Shown: positions 23,992 to 37,230, numbered from the stretch's first letter. The stretch: DNA of 64,000 nt from Phoronis australis (GCA_002633005.1 NMRA01000929.1:1-64000); one strand, 5' to 3'. A program made the numbers and translations. Notes: generated by a model not told the origin, from the sequence alone.

Positions 23992-24947
23992 TTAATCATT
24001 GGTGGCAAATTTCATCAAAATGTGACCAAGGGTTTTCGAGACATCAAGTGGACAACTGGATAACCCCACGCCCGGACAAAGTGGCGACAATATGATATCC
24101 CACATTATATGGGTGCATGTAAAGAATAGAGATCATTGGCTCTCGTTCACAGGTGAGCGTGTACGTTTCTGACAGCAATTTCATACATAAGCTGACAACA
24201 AACCTCACCTACTTTTTGTATTGTTATTCACTATTATCTTCTTGCTAAATGTTTCTCACACACCAAACGACACAAACATTCCCGCACACACCATGCACTG
24301 AAGCAGTCACTGGACTTGAGACTTCTAAGAAGCAAAATGCATAATGAACAGTAGTGACAATCAAAACTGGAATTAATGTGACATTTCTGCAGAACTTGTC
24401 AGATCTGAATAAAACAATCATTATTGTTATTGGCTTCCAATCTAAATTCTGACATTAACAATTATGGTAATTGATTAAATCCCTTCCTCTGGACTCGCTG
24501 ATTAAAATCCAAAAATCTTTGGGGATGGGTAAATGGTTCTTCAGAGGCTGAAGGAATTGTGATATGATGTAGCAGAAGGTTTAAGTGCCATCCGCATACG
24601 GACTTACCCTAGAGCAAGACATAGTTTACTTCTGGAATGAGTTCCTTTTTAAGTTTCAAATGTTTATTTTACTCCAGTTGACAATACTGCAAAACACGAC
24701 AAACAAACAAAAAAACAGCAAAACAGCCTGTATTACCCTAACTAATCATTAGATATGACATTTCAGGATGTAATTTAACAAGGTCAACAAAAGTTTGAAA
24801 GTTGATGTCTTTTTGTACAAATTTTTGTGAAAATACATAATTTTTTGCCAGTATGATCAGTAAGTTAATATCACAATTTTCCAGCTGAGTATTTTTCAAA
24901 ACTCCAAACAAAACAGTTACTTTGTCTACAAGAAGGGTATTTGCTTT

Positions 24948-26203
24948 TGAGCTTGTTCACGGCTCCTCTCTAGTATTTCTTCATCTCTGTATTCAGGTTC
25001 GAACTGATAGCCTGTGAAACTTAACGATTCACCTGCGAAGTCTTCGTCGGAATGAGATCTTGTCTAAGTCAGGATTGCGAGTCCATGTTGACGTTTATTA
25101 TTCTGCGTTCTGTTTCAAAATGCATTATTCTCACCCTTACCAATACTTATATAAAACTGAAACAAAGTCTGTCTCATTAGATGCAATTTGTAATGCCTTT
25201 GGAGTGTTCGTGAGTGCAAATGATTTGAGAAGCCAGCAATGAATAAATCACTGCGTTACTGGCTTTAGGTGCAATAAAACTAATTGACGGGACACCGAGG
25301 CCGTGTGGGAGGTCATGCTTGCTGACAGAAACTGTTTTGAAACAACTCGATTTCTATCCCACGGCCAGGTGTTAGGGGAATCTTTATCTACATTTACATT
25401 ATTAAAATAATGATTGTACACTTTCTGCCCTGACGGTTCTGTGGCCAAAGCGGAACTTGAATTCGCGACCCCCGACAAGTAAGCTGAGTAGATTAAATTT
25501 TGCAGTTTTGTGGCTAATTCACCAACATAATCACCGCGAGCAATTTACTCCTTTGGCTCACTAGTATAGTATTTTCTTGACTGGAAGTTTAGCTTCCAAC
25601 TTTGGCTGGTTTATGTTCGTGATGTCTGCATCAGTTTCTGTGCCACTGGCCGAGATAATGAGTCAGTCCGGCCGCCACGGGCCAGATCGGGTTCCGAGCC
25701 ACTGGCCAGGATAACAAGCATTTTGTGTGTTTAGAACTAAAAAATCACAACTCTAAACAGCACAGATCTAGGTTCTCTTGTCTGTATCTCATGGAAAAAT
25801 ACTTCGAATTTATCTCCGAACAGACCCCAAACTCCTGCTACGGACTTTATTGGCCTGCTGAACCTTGTAGGCTACGGTGTCCAAATACCAATAAATCCGT
25901 AACAGCGAAATAAAACAACACAAGTCATTTTTATAAGAACTCTGTGTATTTTTAAGGGTTTTACATTGAAGTTTGATGATTTATTGGTGTTAAACGATGA
26001 ATTCAAGCAATAAGCTGACACCAGTAACCCGTGTTGTGAACTACTGAACAGACTGCGTGTGAAACCAATTACGTTATTGGATAATTTCAACAGCTCCGTC
26101 TGCTGTCTGGTGTCAGGTAACGCAACCATACGTGCCCTTATCGAGTAGAACTACTCAATCTAAACTGATACAAATTAGGTTGTTTTTTGGGTGGCATGCT
26201 CCT
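24948..26203 (-). mobile_element. Non-autonomous Kolobok element, copy 3 (inverted, truncated)
   Basis: GGGTGGCATGCTCCT|TTAA at 26189-26207. The body is the reverse complement of copies 1, 2 and 4. Confidence 0.85.
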
Positions 26204-26206
26204 TTA

Positions 26207-26649
26207 ACTTCAGTCCAGAATCAAAGCTAACAGTGCCAGTTAACTTCATAGTAAACAGGTGGATTTAACAGCATAGCGTGGACACTGCAGAGCGGTATGA
26301 ACAGTTAACTTTGGCCCCATCGAAGTTATTAGCAGGGGGCATTGTAAACAATTAAAGGGCAGTGTCATCGCTAATTGCTTAATATATTGTGCTTGAATAA
26401 TCACCAATCGAATTATAAATAAGTTTTATGTCAATTAGCACATGTAAATGTTCCCAAATTATCACATTAAAACATTTTAGTGTGCAAATGATGCATCAGC
26501 ACCACCTTGCAATTACTTTGATGACAGCATCACCCACTGTTTAATTCAGTGTCCATTAACTACAGAAGCTGGTATGAACGGTTTAGTTATCTTCGCAGTT
26601 TATGTCGATGCTCCGCTCAGACAGGATTAAGGTCAGTAAGAAAGGGCCT
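26207..26649 (+). mobile_element. PIF/Harbinger-like MITE, partial (family P)
   Basis: End GTCAGTAAGAAAGGGCCT|TAA. Internal CAGGTGGATTTAA, GTATGAAC and TCGAAGTTAT are shared with 32126-32555 (inverted) and 43864-44294. Confidence 0.75.
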
Positions 26650-27759
26650 TAAGAGAAAGGTGAATTACAGTTTAGGCCTCGTATAATTAGCAATCGAAGA
26701 GGCATTAAAATCATCAAAGGTAAGAACTCAGGAAAAGAAATTAAAATAGTAATAACAAAAGTTGTAATTAAAATATATGTTAGATGAAATCCACCTAGTA
26801 AGCTGTGGGCAGTTCATAGAGAAAAGGACTAACCATAGCCATGAAAGAAAATGTTCGCAGAAGCAAACCAACTACTGAGTTAGTTTTGATGTTTGCGAGG
26901 CTGACACAAAGCCGATACAAACTCACATCAACTAAACCCTGGTGCACATTTAAAAAGGTTTATTTGCACTCTGTAACTGACTTCATTAACTGATGGGAGT
27001 TGTTAAAAGAAAGTGGGAATATGAGATTAGCAGGGACTCATTTAAAGAGTATCATAAATTACAAACAATGACGCCGATAAGCAGCCCAGTACAGGTAGTC
27101 TTCACCTATTTAGCGCGCAATATAGCAGACAAGTAACATTTTATTTTATCAAGTTTCTCAACAAATATATAGAAGAAGGAATCTTTTCTTTGCTTGAAAA
27201 GTATGAAATCTGATGATGAGTAATATTTAGAAGCTATCATCAATTATGTCAATACGGACCAAAGAGGGGAATATAGCTTGTTGTATTTTGCTACCAAATT
27301 ATGAATGGCGAGGTTATGCACGCACAATTCCCGGATAACAACTCTAGTTCCATCACACACAGACTTGACTTAGAACAACTTGCACAAGTGAACGTTGCTC
27401 CACTATAAGAGAAGCATCCATGCACATTATTAGATAGTGCGAGGCAGAAGTTGTCGCTCTGAGCATGATGAACCAGTGACATGTGAATAGGACGGGAACA
27501 AACTAGCCATCTCTGTGACTGCGCAAGCATGCTGCTGATAATTACTTCAGCATTATTAAGTTATGTTGGAATTGTTTTTCGCCAAATAAATACGACAAAT
27601 ACAAGCCAAAAACGATGTTGTTACTGGTTTGTTGAGCAATGTACGTGGTAACTGGTTTAGGACTTGTAAGCTCCAACAAAAGATTGCGAGATCGCTTCAC
27701 GAGCTTATCTCATCTTGGGAACGGTTTTTGTAGGAGTTGAAACTATACGGAGGAGGGCG

Positions 27760-28400
27760 ATTTATTTATTTATTGTGATATTTAAAATGAAGGTGGCCTC
27801 TTCAGTGATAGCACTGCTTTCCAAGAGGGCCCTCATCAAGAAAAACAGTAATATAATACAATGAAGTAATAAACAACAATGAAATATATGTAACAAAGAT
27901 AAAATTAAAACAGGTGGAGATTTAAGACAATAACTAAATGACGAATAATGGTAAAAATTTAACTAAGACAGATGAAATACATTAAGAGATGACTCTAGAC
28001 AGTGAGTGTATTTACGACCATGAAAAAATGACATGATTAAGGCAGGCAGGGTATGAAAGGTTAAGGTAAATTACAGCCACTTTTAAATATTTACTTTGAA
28101 GGTAGTAATTGAATTGGACCGTTTAATTCCATATTACAGTAGCTGCATAGATAAAAGATCTCTTGCCCATCTCGGTTTTAATTTTTTTAGAAGAAACATT
28201 GCCAGCAACAGAAGAACGTGTAGAATATACAGCCTGACTGCTATTGAATTTACTGCTGAGATATGCTGGAGCCAAGCCATTGATACATCTTATTCTGTAC
28301 ATACAACAGGCAGAGAGATATTTATTTCTTTGTCTTATTTTCATAAATCCCAGCTTGAAATACAAGTCGTCAACCCTAGTGTCACAAGGGGATATTTGTA
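27760..28400 (-). mobile_element. 5'-truncated CR1/L2-clade LINE: ORF2 C-terminus, 3' UTR and (AATA)n tail
   Basis: DTRVDDLYFKLGFMKIRQRNKYLSACCMYRIRCINGLAPAYLSSKF...YSTRS...KTEMGKRSFIYAATVIWN is the typical post-RT tail of this clade. ATTT repeat tail at 27760-27774. Confidence 0.88.
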
Positions 28401-28894
28401 ATGGCCCCAGGAAAGGGATCTTCACATACAAAAGACAGGTTCTATAGGTAGTGCAAACGTGTCTGAATTTTCAGAAGGCATTGAGGAAACGGGCTCTAAC
28501 TTTAGAAAATCTCGTTTTCATGTCTTGATTCAATTTCATAATGCAAAATGACCAAGATGAAGTCTTAGGGATTTCAAGGGTTATGAATAGAATACGACAA
28601 CACCACCAATAAAAGCAGTCTATCAAAAAAGCAAAAAAGGGAAAACAAATCTTGACATGTCAGGCAAATCTCATCTTAATGTTATCAGCTATTGCGAATG
28701 GGCGTGAAATTGCATGTAATCTGCGGAAGAGAGACAAATTTGCATTTATGTTTATCATTGTTATAAGTTTTGAAGTAAGAAGTAGACTTAAAACTTCCTA
28801 ATTTCCACAACTAAACAGTTTTCAGTCTTTAGGCCGTTAATAAACCACCTCCAAGTTTGCAGTGCTAACGGTGAAATCGCACATTGGGCAAATC

Positions 28895-29353
28895 TTACGC
28901 TAACAGGATTTGCACGCAAGTGGACGAGAAAGCGTGCACAGTTTAACCCAAAGTATCCAGAGATGTCCTCAGCACATCAAAGGTGCAGTTACGGACTGAA
29001 GTTAGCTAGTCGCTATTCATGATGGGCTTGGCTGAAGGTGCTGGATAAGATAATTGCGGACGCAAACCAACACCCCTGTTAAGAGTATGACTTTCAAAGT
29101 CAAAATAAAAACATTAAGTAAAGCAACCGACCAACATGACTTATTTTGAAACTGAACTGTAAATAGTAGCCGTCTTTGAATTTTTAAAATCGATGCATCA
29201 TCAGAGAAATTAGCAAATACGTTTTCATCAGCATCGCGGCTAAGCCATGAAGTATTGTCAATCGATTAGGACAGATTAGACACGGTCTGCCTTAGGCTTG
29301 CTTAGACTTTGGGGTAACAAAACCCCGAACGTTAGCGTAGGAGTTGTCCCATG
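28895..29353 (-). repeat. Dispersed repeat family F, copy 2 (inverted)
   Basis: GCAAGTGGACGAGAAAGCGT ... GTAACAAAACCCCGAACGTTAGCGTAGGAGTTGTCCCATG is the reverse complement of 5721-6200. Confidence 0.85.
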
Positions 29354-29632
29354 ACCAGTTTGGGACAAAATTAATTGGAAAAATTCTCATTTTCATAATT
29401 AGAAGGCATCTAGAATTGTTGTTATTGCCTAAAACTTTTCAGACTTGTCTGATTGTAGCTGTGGTACAAAACGTGAACACGGAGACAACATTTAATTTGG
29501 TGCTAAGTGTGTTTCGTGGATAAAATGATGAAATCAAATTTCATTAGTTGGTCATATTGCATTCTAAACACTCAGTCAAGTCACTTTCACAACTGTCCCA
29601 AATGACAACCAACGAGAAATGATATTAATTAC

Positions 29633-29779
29633 CTCCACCCATAGAGATGAGATACTTTTCGGCGTTGTCACAGTCCACCTTCGTCCGACAGAATATAAGA
29701 GCCCTATCCATTTTGTGCTCATTAATAGCTCGTATAAGGTATTCACCTTTAAGCATCTTTACCGCCTCAGACAAGGTCT
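29633..29779 (-). CDS. DDX1: DDX1 coding exon, 147 nt: (E)[48 protein letters not shown], helicase motif IV
   Basis: Acceptor ttttttcag, donor gtaatt, phase 1 to 1. Matches DDX1 SEAIKILKGEY...[21 protein letters not shown] and joins in frame to the 6679-6770 exon. Confidence 0.97.
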
Positions 29780-32125
29780 CTGAAAAAAAAAATGGTCAAA
29801 ACAAATCAAAAATGGTGTCATAACACACTGTTCACATGTCATTATGCTGACATAAGGAGCTGAAGAATATTCTGAGGCAAGCTGTTAAAAACAAGGAAAG
29901 ACGTCAAAACACATCAGTGTGAAGAATTATTCTGCAACTGGGCAATGTACTTAACGATTATAGTACATTTCTCTCATGTTTACAGCACTTTTTTGAGTGG
30001 ACATCACCGTATGTCACCAAGTTAAAACCTGTAAGTGTTGCTTACCTAACTGACAAATAAAACACTGATGACCACAAATATTCCTTTTAATTCTACGCGA
30101 TAGTAATTAATACATAACACCAGAATGCAACAGAATAGGATATTTCAAACTGTATACAAACACCAAACACCGAGTTTCATTCCCATACAAGACTAACTAA
30201 GGACAGTGCGAAGTCTCAAACTTAAAAATTTAAGTTTGCAACTGTGCATGTTTGCTTATGAAGCTGGGGAGAGGGTTTTATTACTGTAACATATAATTGA
30301 AAAGCTAGCTTGCTGTAGCATAGAACAAAGGCTTCCACCCCATACCATGAACCAAACTACAATAGGTTTTCAACGATTTGTATTGTAAGGGGCACTAAAT
30401 AGAGTATCAATATCATTATTATACAGTACAGAAAGAACTGAAAATAATCACGTTTGATTTATTCATAAAATTGTTTACAAATACTTCTAGTGGAGAAAAA
30501 GAAACAGGTACCAAATGATAAAAAATGTTGACTGTGATTCAAGAATAAGGAAATTCCTCAAATACAGGAACCTCAATGATACACTCCTCCATTCAAGATG
30601 GCGGCTTTGATGAGAAGTGTTGTACACAAGTCAAATCACCCCATGGTGATGCAATCAAATTGTACAATAGAACTTGGGATACATCAACAATGAAACAGCA
30701 GTTGAAATGGGTGTCATTTCTCTTTTCTTTGTAGTTAGCTAAGTTTTGCTGTTCAAGCAGTGAAAAAGTTCAATATTCAACGAGGGGGGTTAGTTTGTAA
30801 TGTCTGCAGAGTCTAAAATGGGCAGGAAAGACATGCCGCCGCCATCAGGCAGTGGTAATTAGTAACACCCACTTTTGTTCAATAATCCCCAAAACAAAGA
30901 GGCATCCTCATGTAAATAAAGGTGTCGTGATAAGTCCTATTGTAATCCCAATGGTTAAGAAGCATTCATAGTTGCCCCTTGGGAAATGTGACATAGCACC
31001 AAATGCTGTCTCAGGAGACCAGTTACTGTCTATGCTGCCCATACATACCAGTGACACAAGAAAAGGTGGACAGTCAGACTCTTGAAAAAGCGTCTGGCAT
31101 TGCCCCATAGTGGGTGTTAGATGAGCGGCATCAAATAGTTGGCCTCTGGAATCAGCCATACTAAGAATTGCATGATGACACTTGGCTTATCTCAAAATCC
31201 AACTGCTGCCTCATGGTTTGGTAAATGGCCCAATTATGTTGCACAAGCAGCAGACATAATGGTGAACATAGCATTGCAGCATTGAACATACAATTTAGGT
31301 TGTAAAAGTCACAATTCTTGTCCAATTTTCAAATTTCAAAAACCTTATCGCGTGTGCTTTTCACGAACTATTCAAATATGCTATTTACAAACTTTCAAAG
31401 AGAATTCAAAAATACTATTGTTTTTATGATTGTGTCTCATTATCTAAAGAAGGATAACATCAGCAGCTTGAGGCACAACATCAAGGTGTCTTTGATCTAA
31501 ACCAGGCAAAGTCTGAGGTATACCTGATGAGGATAGCTACCAAATATAACTCGGGGTATAATGGTAGTTTGCATATGGATTTCACATATTAACTTTATTT
31601 AAGTCGAAATCTTAAGAATTAACAGGGCTAGTGCTTTCCATTTTGAATGGAAATAGTATTTCAGGTTATGACCTCTTGTTATAAGTTGCTGTGATGGAGT
31701 AAAGGTCAATGTTATGCATAGACATGAACTTTGTAGCCTTTCAATAAACAAGCATTGATGAGGCTGGATTTCCAAGTCAATATACAAAATAAATTAGATG
31801 CTCATGTTGTGAAGGACTATGCAAGATACTCTTTTCCACCTCCGACAATGTTGCACATAAAAATACATGGTGTGTGCTAGCCTTAAGAAAACAACGAGCC
31901 CCATAGGCTATTACTATGAAAAGCTGTATGTAATAAGACATCATGATTCAAGGTTATTAACGCCTTAATTGGATGCAATATTCAGTGCAGCTGGATTGAG
32001 ACTTCCTTGTGTAAAACATTTAGACAGGCCATGTTAGACTTGAATAACTAACAATTCAAATTACACTCAGACATACTGCATAAATTTACATATTAAACCA
32101 ACATTACTTTTATGTGGTACACGTA

Positions 32126-32555
32126 AGGCCCTTTCATATTGACTTAACTCCGGTCTGAGGGGAACGTCGACATAAACAGCGCAGTTAACTGGACCGTTCA
32201 TACTCAGGCTCCGGTTAATGATCTTCAAGTGAGCGGTTGTGTGCCGCTGTCGTCATCGAAGTTATCGCAAGGTAGTGTTGCACGCTAAGATTTTTTCAAC
32301 GTTTCAATTTGGAAATAATTACATGTGCTAAGTGACATTAAACTTATTTTTAAATCGATTGGTTACTATTAGAGCAAAATATAAGCAGCTATTAGTGAGG
32401 GCACTACCTTGTAACAGTTGACGATAACAGTCGTGGCACCTGGCGATAACTTTGATTGGACCGGAGTTAAGCGTTCATACTGCATCGCAGTGTTGACGCT
32501 GTGGTCTTAAATCCACCTGTTAACTGCAATGTTAACTGGAGCTGTTAATTGCGAT
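32126..32555 (-). mobile_element. PIF/Harbinger-like MITE family P, partial, inverted
   Basis: TAAGGCCCTTTCATATTGAC... is the reverse complement of 26207-26649 and 43864-44294. Confidence 0.75.
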
Positions 32556-33637
32556 TTGTTTTTGGACATTTTTGAGTGAAACTACATCATAATTAGAAAG
32601 CTCATGTTAGCCTTAACGTGGGTGTGTTGGTGCATGTGAGTGTGTCCATGTGTGAGTGCGTACATGTGTGAGGATACATGTTTAACATGTCTGTTAAATA
32701 ATACAGTGTGTATCTATATAAAATGCATCGTTTGCGGAAACTCCGTCTCCCCACTCCACTACAGACCTTCGTTGCGCCCATTTCGGCACCGCACCGGCCA
32801 TTTATTTAGAATTGAGGTGTTCTGTTTTTTTCTAGAAGGGCATTTTTTCACGGATACAGAGGGAGGGTGGCCAGTTTCGTACTGGCCTTGGCGACGGCAG
32901 TCCATTGACTCAACAGCCTGGGTGACGTCAGTCCGTTGGCTTAATTTCACTCCTTCCGGCTTCCGTCACATATATACTACTTCGGGCCTGTCACCGCCAG
33001 AAATAATGATGTCATTAAACACTGAACTTTTCCTTGAGTAAACTTAAATATTTACCGATGTTGGAAAAATTGTTGTTCTATCGTTATTTTGCTGCTAAAA
33101 TTGTGGTAGGCTGTTTTGGGTCGGCTTTCGGTGCCATTGTGTCACCTACTGGCCAATTTCCCCGATTCTTCAATCTTCTGTTCCACAAGGTTGCGTACAT
33201 ATCATAACAATCAGAACTGGTTTCATTTTGTTACAAGTTTTATTATCTTAGTACTAGCAAACCCAACTTGCTGCGAAGCAGTCATCATCCAGTCCCGAGA
33301 GATATCGCAAAATTTCAGTAGGGAATGGCAGTAGCGCGTGTCACGAGCGCATTGTTTTCAAAACGACGACAGACTTTTTGTTACAAAAGGCGAAGAATTA
33401 CGCAAAAATGATGTTTGTTAGATTGTTTTTTCACTTAATAGGCTGCAATGGGCAAGGTGAGTGTCGGCTGATACCCAAAGATTCTGCACGCACGCCTGCC
33501 GCTCGTTAGGTCTACATGTTGACATAAGTTTCATGACGAGGTGACAAGCTGAGCTACCCGGGTTGTGTGAAGTTTCGGTGCCTAACAGAGCTCAAGACAC
33601 AGCTACCTGGCTGTAAGTTGACAATAGTCTTCATATA

Positions 33638-35056
33638 CCGTATTCGCCGTAATAACCGCCCATGCCCCTATAAGCGCCCTCCCCACGCGTTTTCAGACTT
33701 TGCTGAAATAAGCGTCCAGTCCATGAACGTGTACATGCAAACAATGACGTACCTACAGTCCTAAAACTCGACTACAGTAACGTCTTCAATTTATCAAAAA
33801 ATTTTTGCACGGGTCTACTAGACCACCAGCGGCACTGCTACGTTTGTAATTAGCCGTGACTTTACACTTCAAAGTAACGCAGCGCTTCAAAAAGAACGCA
33901 ACAGCGTTGCTACGCTCTCGCGACGATTGTGTCCCACTATGGTCTGACCTTTCAGTAGACACATGGACTGTCTCATAAATAAAAATAACTCGGTGTTAAA
34001 AGCACGGGGCCAGGAAGCACGCGCTACATACATGAACCTGTCATCAAAGACATTAGTCGGGAACTATCCATTCATGAAACGGGTATCGTAGCATTGATAA
34101 GAAATGAATATTGGCACTAATTTCTGACAATTTCTAATACTATAAAACATAATTGCGTTATTTTTGAGATGGATTGTTTGATTAACCATAATTGGTGTTT
34201 TAAGACGAATATCCGATAAAATGACAACTGACAGTGAATGCTTACACACCCTTACACCGAAAAATAACTGTCAGATAGTTAAGTACGCATCCAGCTACAC
34301 GGCGACTAATATGGGACTTACCGAGACAAAGGTCGAAAGTTTTTAGCACGTCAGACCGGCAAGTGCTGAATGAAACACGCTCTGGTTTAGGCCTACTGCT
34401 TGTGCAAATTTCTTTAGACACATCTAGCTAGTTAGATTGCGTGGCTCTGGCCAAAAGACGGTCTCTGCTTTGGCAAATGAACTCTGGTGACACGCACGCG
34501 CTCGCTTACTCGCAGACAAACTTCAAAACAAACATCACCTGACAACAACATGTGTGTTCGTCCAGACATTTTTCTCGCCATGTTGCTGATCATACATGTA
34601 GATGGGACGATGTTGCACAGATTTGTACTTAAACCTGCCGTTAATCCAGATTCCACGGCAACTTAAAAAGTCTTAGAGACGTTATTTATAAAACTTAATG
34701 AGAATTTCAGGTAATTTGCTTGAGTCGAAACCATTTTTATTCAAGCATTGAAGTCGCCATATCGAAGACGGCAATTTCGAGGCAGTCAGTCAGCGAGTTT
34801 TCGCCCTGGTATTTCAGCACAATTTTCTGTAAAATGATCGTAATTTAGCAGCAAAGTTTGATAGCAATGCACCACAGTTTTGTTGAAAGTCTTTCATTGT
34901 TTACATATACGTCACAGAGCGTAAATTTGATGAATCTTAGCCTTCCGATTTCACCCGTTTCGGAGACCGGGTTTCAACCGCCTTGGGTTATAATAAGCGC
35001 CCCCCCCTGAACCGAACTTTTCTAAGCGCCCTGGGCGGTTATTACAACGAAAACGG
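33638..35056 (+). mobile_element. TA-target non-autonomous TIR transposon, family T2, copy 1
   Basis: TA|CCGTATTCGCCGTAATAACCGCCCA ... TGGGCGGTTATTACAACGAAAACGG|TA, with subterminal TAAGCGCCC repeats. Colinear with 47546-48962. Confidence 0.88.
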
Positions 35057-35312
35057 TAGCTAGCTGGATTTCTACCTTTAGCATGTACAGTTATGTGACT
35101 TTTATATATACATTGTATACTTTGTGTACAATAGCAGTATTTTTAAAACTTCCTTAGTTTTCACTTTAAAGAATAGCTGATTACCGTACATTATGTTACG
35201 GCAGGGACAAATGTTTTGGAAAGAAAAACTATGTTTACTGCCTCAGGGGAAAGAATCCCACAGCCGCACCCCTTTCTAAATCTGACAGAAATTCTTATTG
35301 AAGCTTTAAAAT

Positions 35313-36978
35313 ACAAGAGCAACGTGGAGTGTTGAAATGTGCCCACGAATGCATTGCAAATGGTGTGCTTTTAGGGTTATTTATTTGTATCATAAAAATG
35401 GCCACTAGATGGCGCAAAAACATACAATCAATCCAAAAACATGAAAATGCCATATTTCATAAAACTCTGTCAAGGAACTTCAGAGAAACAAAGGAAAACA
35501 TAAGAAAATGAAATTGCCACTAGTGGGCACAGTGGATCCGCCTGAAAGTCGTCATCATCTGAGGTTATCTTCATATAAATACACTTACTAAATTAAATAA
35601 AGATCCTGCAGTGGGTTTAGGAAATACAACTATGGTGCAAAACAAAACTACCACTAGGTGGCGCCACAGTAGTCAGTCGCCATCATCAAAGGTCGTCTTC
35701 ACACTGAGAACATTTATGTCAATTTTCAAATGATTTGGTTTATACAGGGGTGGACGCCAAAACAAGATTTGAAAACAACAAAAATGGCCACTAGGTGGTG
35801 CCAAATACCTGGATTCCATCCAAAAACAGAAAGATAGCATCACCACACCAATAGATGCCTATATTTAAAATTTTATGAAAATCTGTTAAGGACCTTTGAA
35901 GATAGCGCCAAACGTAAAAACTAAAATTGCCACTAGGCAGCACAGCAGTAGTCAGATCTGTCGTCTTCCGTAGTCAACATCATATAAATACACTTGCTAA
36001 ATTAAGTAAAGATCCTGCAAACAGTTTAGGAGACACAGCCATGAACGCAAAAAGAACAGCTACTAGGAGGCGTCCTAGTAGTCGAAGTCGTCAGAAAATC
36101 ATCGTCAGCCGTCCACTTCATAGTATAAACGTACATATCGATTTTCACAATTATCCTGAAAACGGTTTGGTTGATAGATTAGTGGACGCCAAAAAACTCA
36201 AAAACAGTAAAAATGGCCACTAGATGGTGCAAACTAGGTCGAATTCATCTGAAAACGAAGAGATAGTGACACCTCATTAATAGATGCCCGTATGCCAAAT
36301 TTTATGAAAATACGATAAGGACCTTTGAAGACAGAGAGGTAAACGTAAAAAAATAAATTGCCACTAGGTGGCACACCAGTTGTCAGATCTCTCCGAAAGT
36401 CGTCGGTACTTACTAAATTTCGTAAAGATCCTGCAAACAGTTTAGGAGATACAGCCATAGGCACAAAAAAAACTGCCAATAGGAGGCGCCACAATAGTCG
36501 AAATCGTCGGAAAATCATCATCAGACATCCTCTTCATAGTAGGAACACACATGCCAATTTTCACAATCATCTTTTGAGCGGAGTGGACTCAAAAATCTGA
36601 CTCGAAAACAGTAAAAATGGCCACTAGGTGGCACAAACTACGTCGAATCCATCTGAAAACAGGAGGATAGCGTCATGTCACTAATAGGTGCCAACATACT
36701 AAATTTTATGAAAATCCTTTTGAAGATACAAAGGTAAGTGTAAAAAACTAAAATTGCCACTAGGGGACACACCAGTGTAGTCGGAACCGTCCGAAAGTTT
36801 GCTCACACCATCCCATTTATAAATGGAACATATGTGCTAAATTTCATGAACATATGTCACAGGGTTTTGGAGATAGAGCAGCAGACGCCAGACGAACGCC
36901 TAACGGACGCTGGACGGACGCCGGACGGACGGAGATGACTGCATAATGCGTCCACATATAAATATGTGGGAGCATAAA
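35313..36978 (+). mobile_element. HINE/DINE-1-like element family H1, apparently complete copy
   Basis: 5' ACAAGAGC...ATGTGCCCAC subterminal repeat; ~11 tandem units of 115-157 bp with CCACTAG cores; (GGAC)n-type microsatellite at ~36880-36932; 3' hairpin ATGCGTCCACATA-TAAA-TATGTGGGAGCAT. Confidence 0.8.
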
Positions 36979-37155
36979 AACGGTCTCTTGCGATGAACAC
37001 TAATGTTCACTTGAAGGTGTAGCCACTTTCCCTCGGCATTTCCCATAAGCCGCTTAAGCTTAGAAGTGTATTGATGGTGGACATAGTTACAGGAGAAGCA
37101 GCTTCACTAACTGTCTGTATGTTGAGTTAGTGTCTAAATTCATATTCTTGTAATA

Positions 37156-37230
37156 ATCTTGACAGTGCAGCAGTATCTTGACAGTGCAGCAGTATCTTGA
37201 CAGTGCAGCAGTATCTTGACATTGCAGCAG
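37156..37230. repeat. 19-bp tandem repeat (ATCTTGACAGTGCAGCAGT) x4
   Basis: Directly visible. Confidence 0.95.

Larger units (their letters stand above)
8802..24120 (+). mobile_element. Old H1-related HINE-like host element (~1.9 kb of its own sequence) fragmented by nested insertions
   Basis: 5' end AACAAGAAGAGCAAAGTGAGGGCATTCAATTGCACCACG resembles 35313. AAAATGGCCACTAGGAGG-type units resume at 15531-15919, 16492-17013, 19355-19707 and 22215-22626. Degenerate 3' hairpin CCCACATTATATGGGTGCAT at ~24099-24118. Confidence 0.65.
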
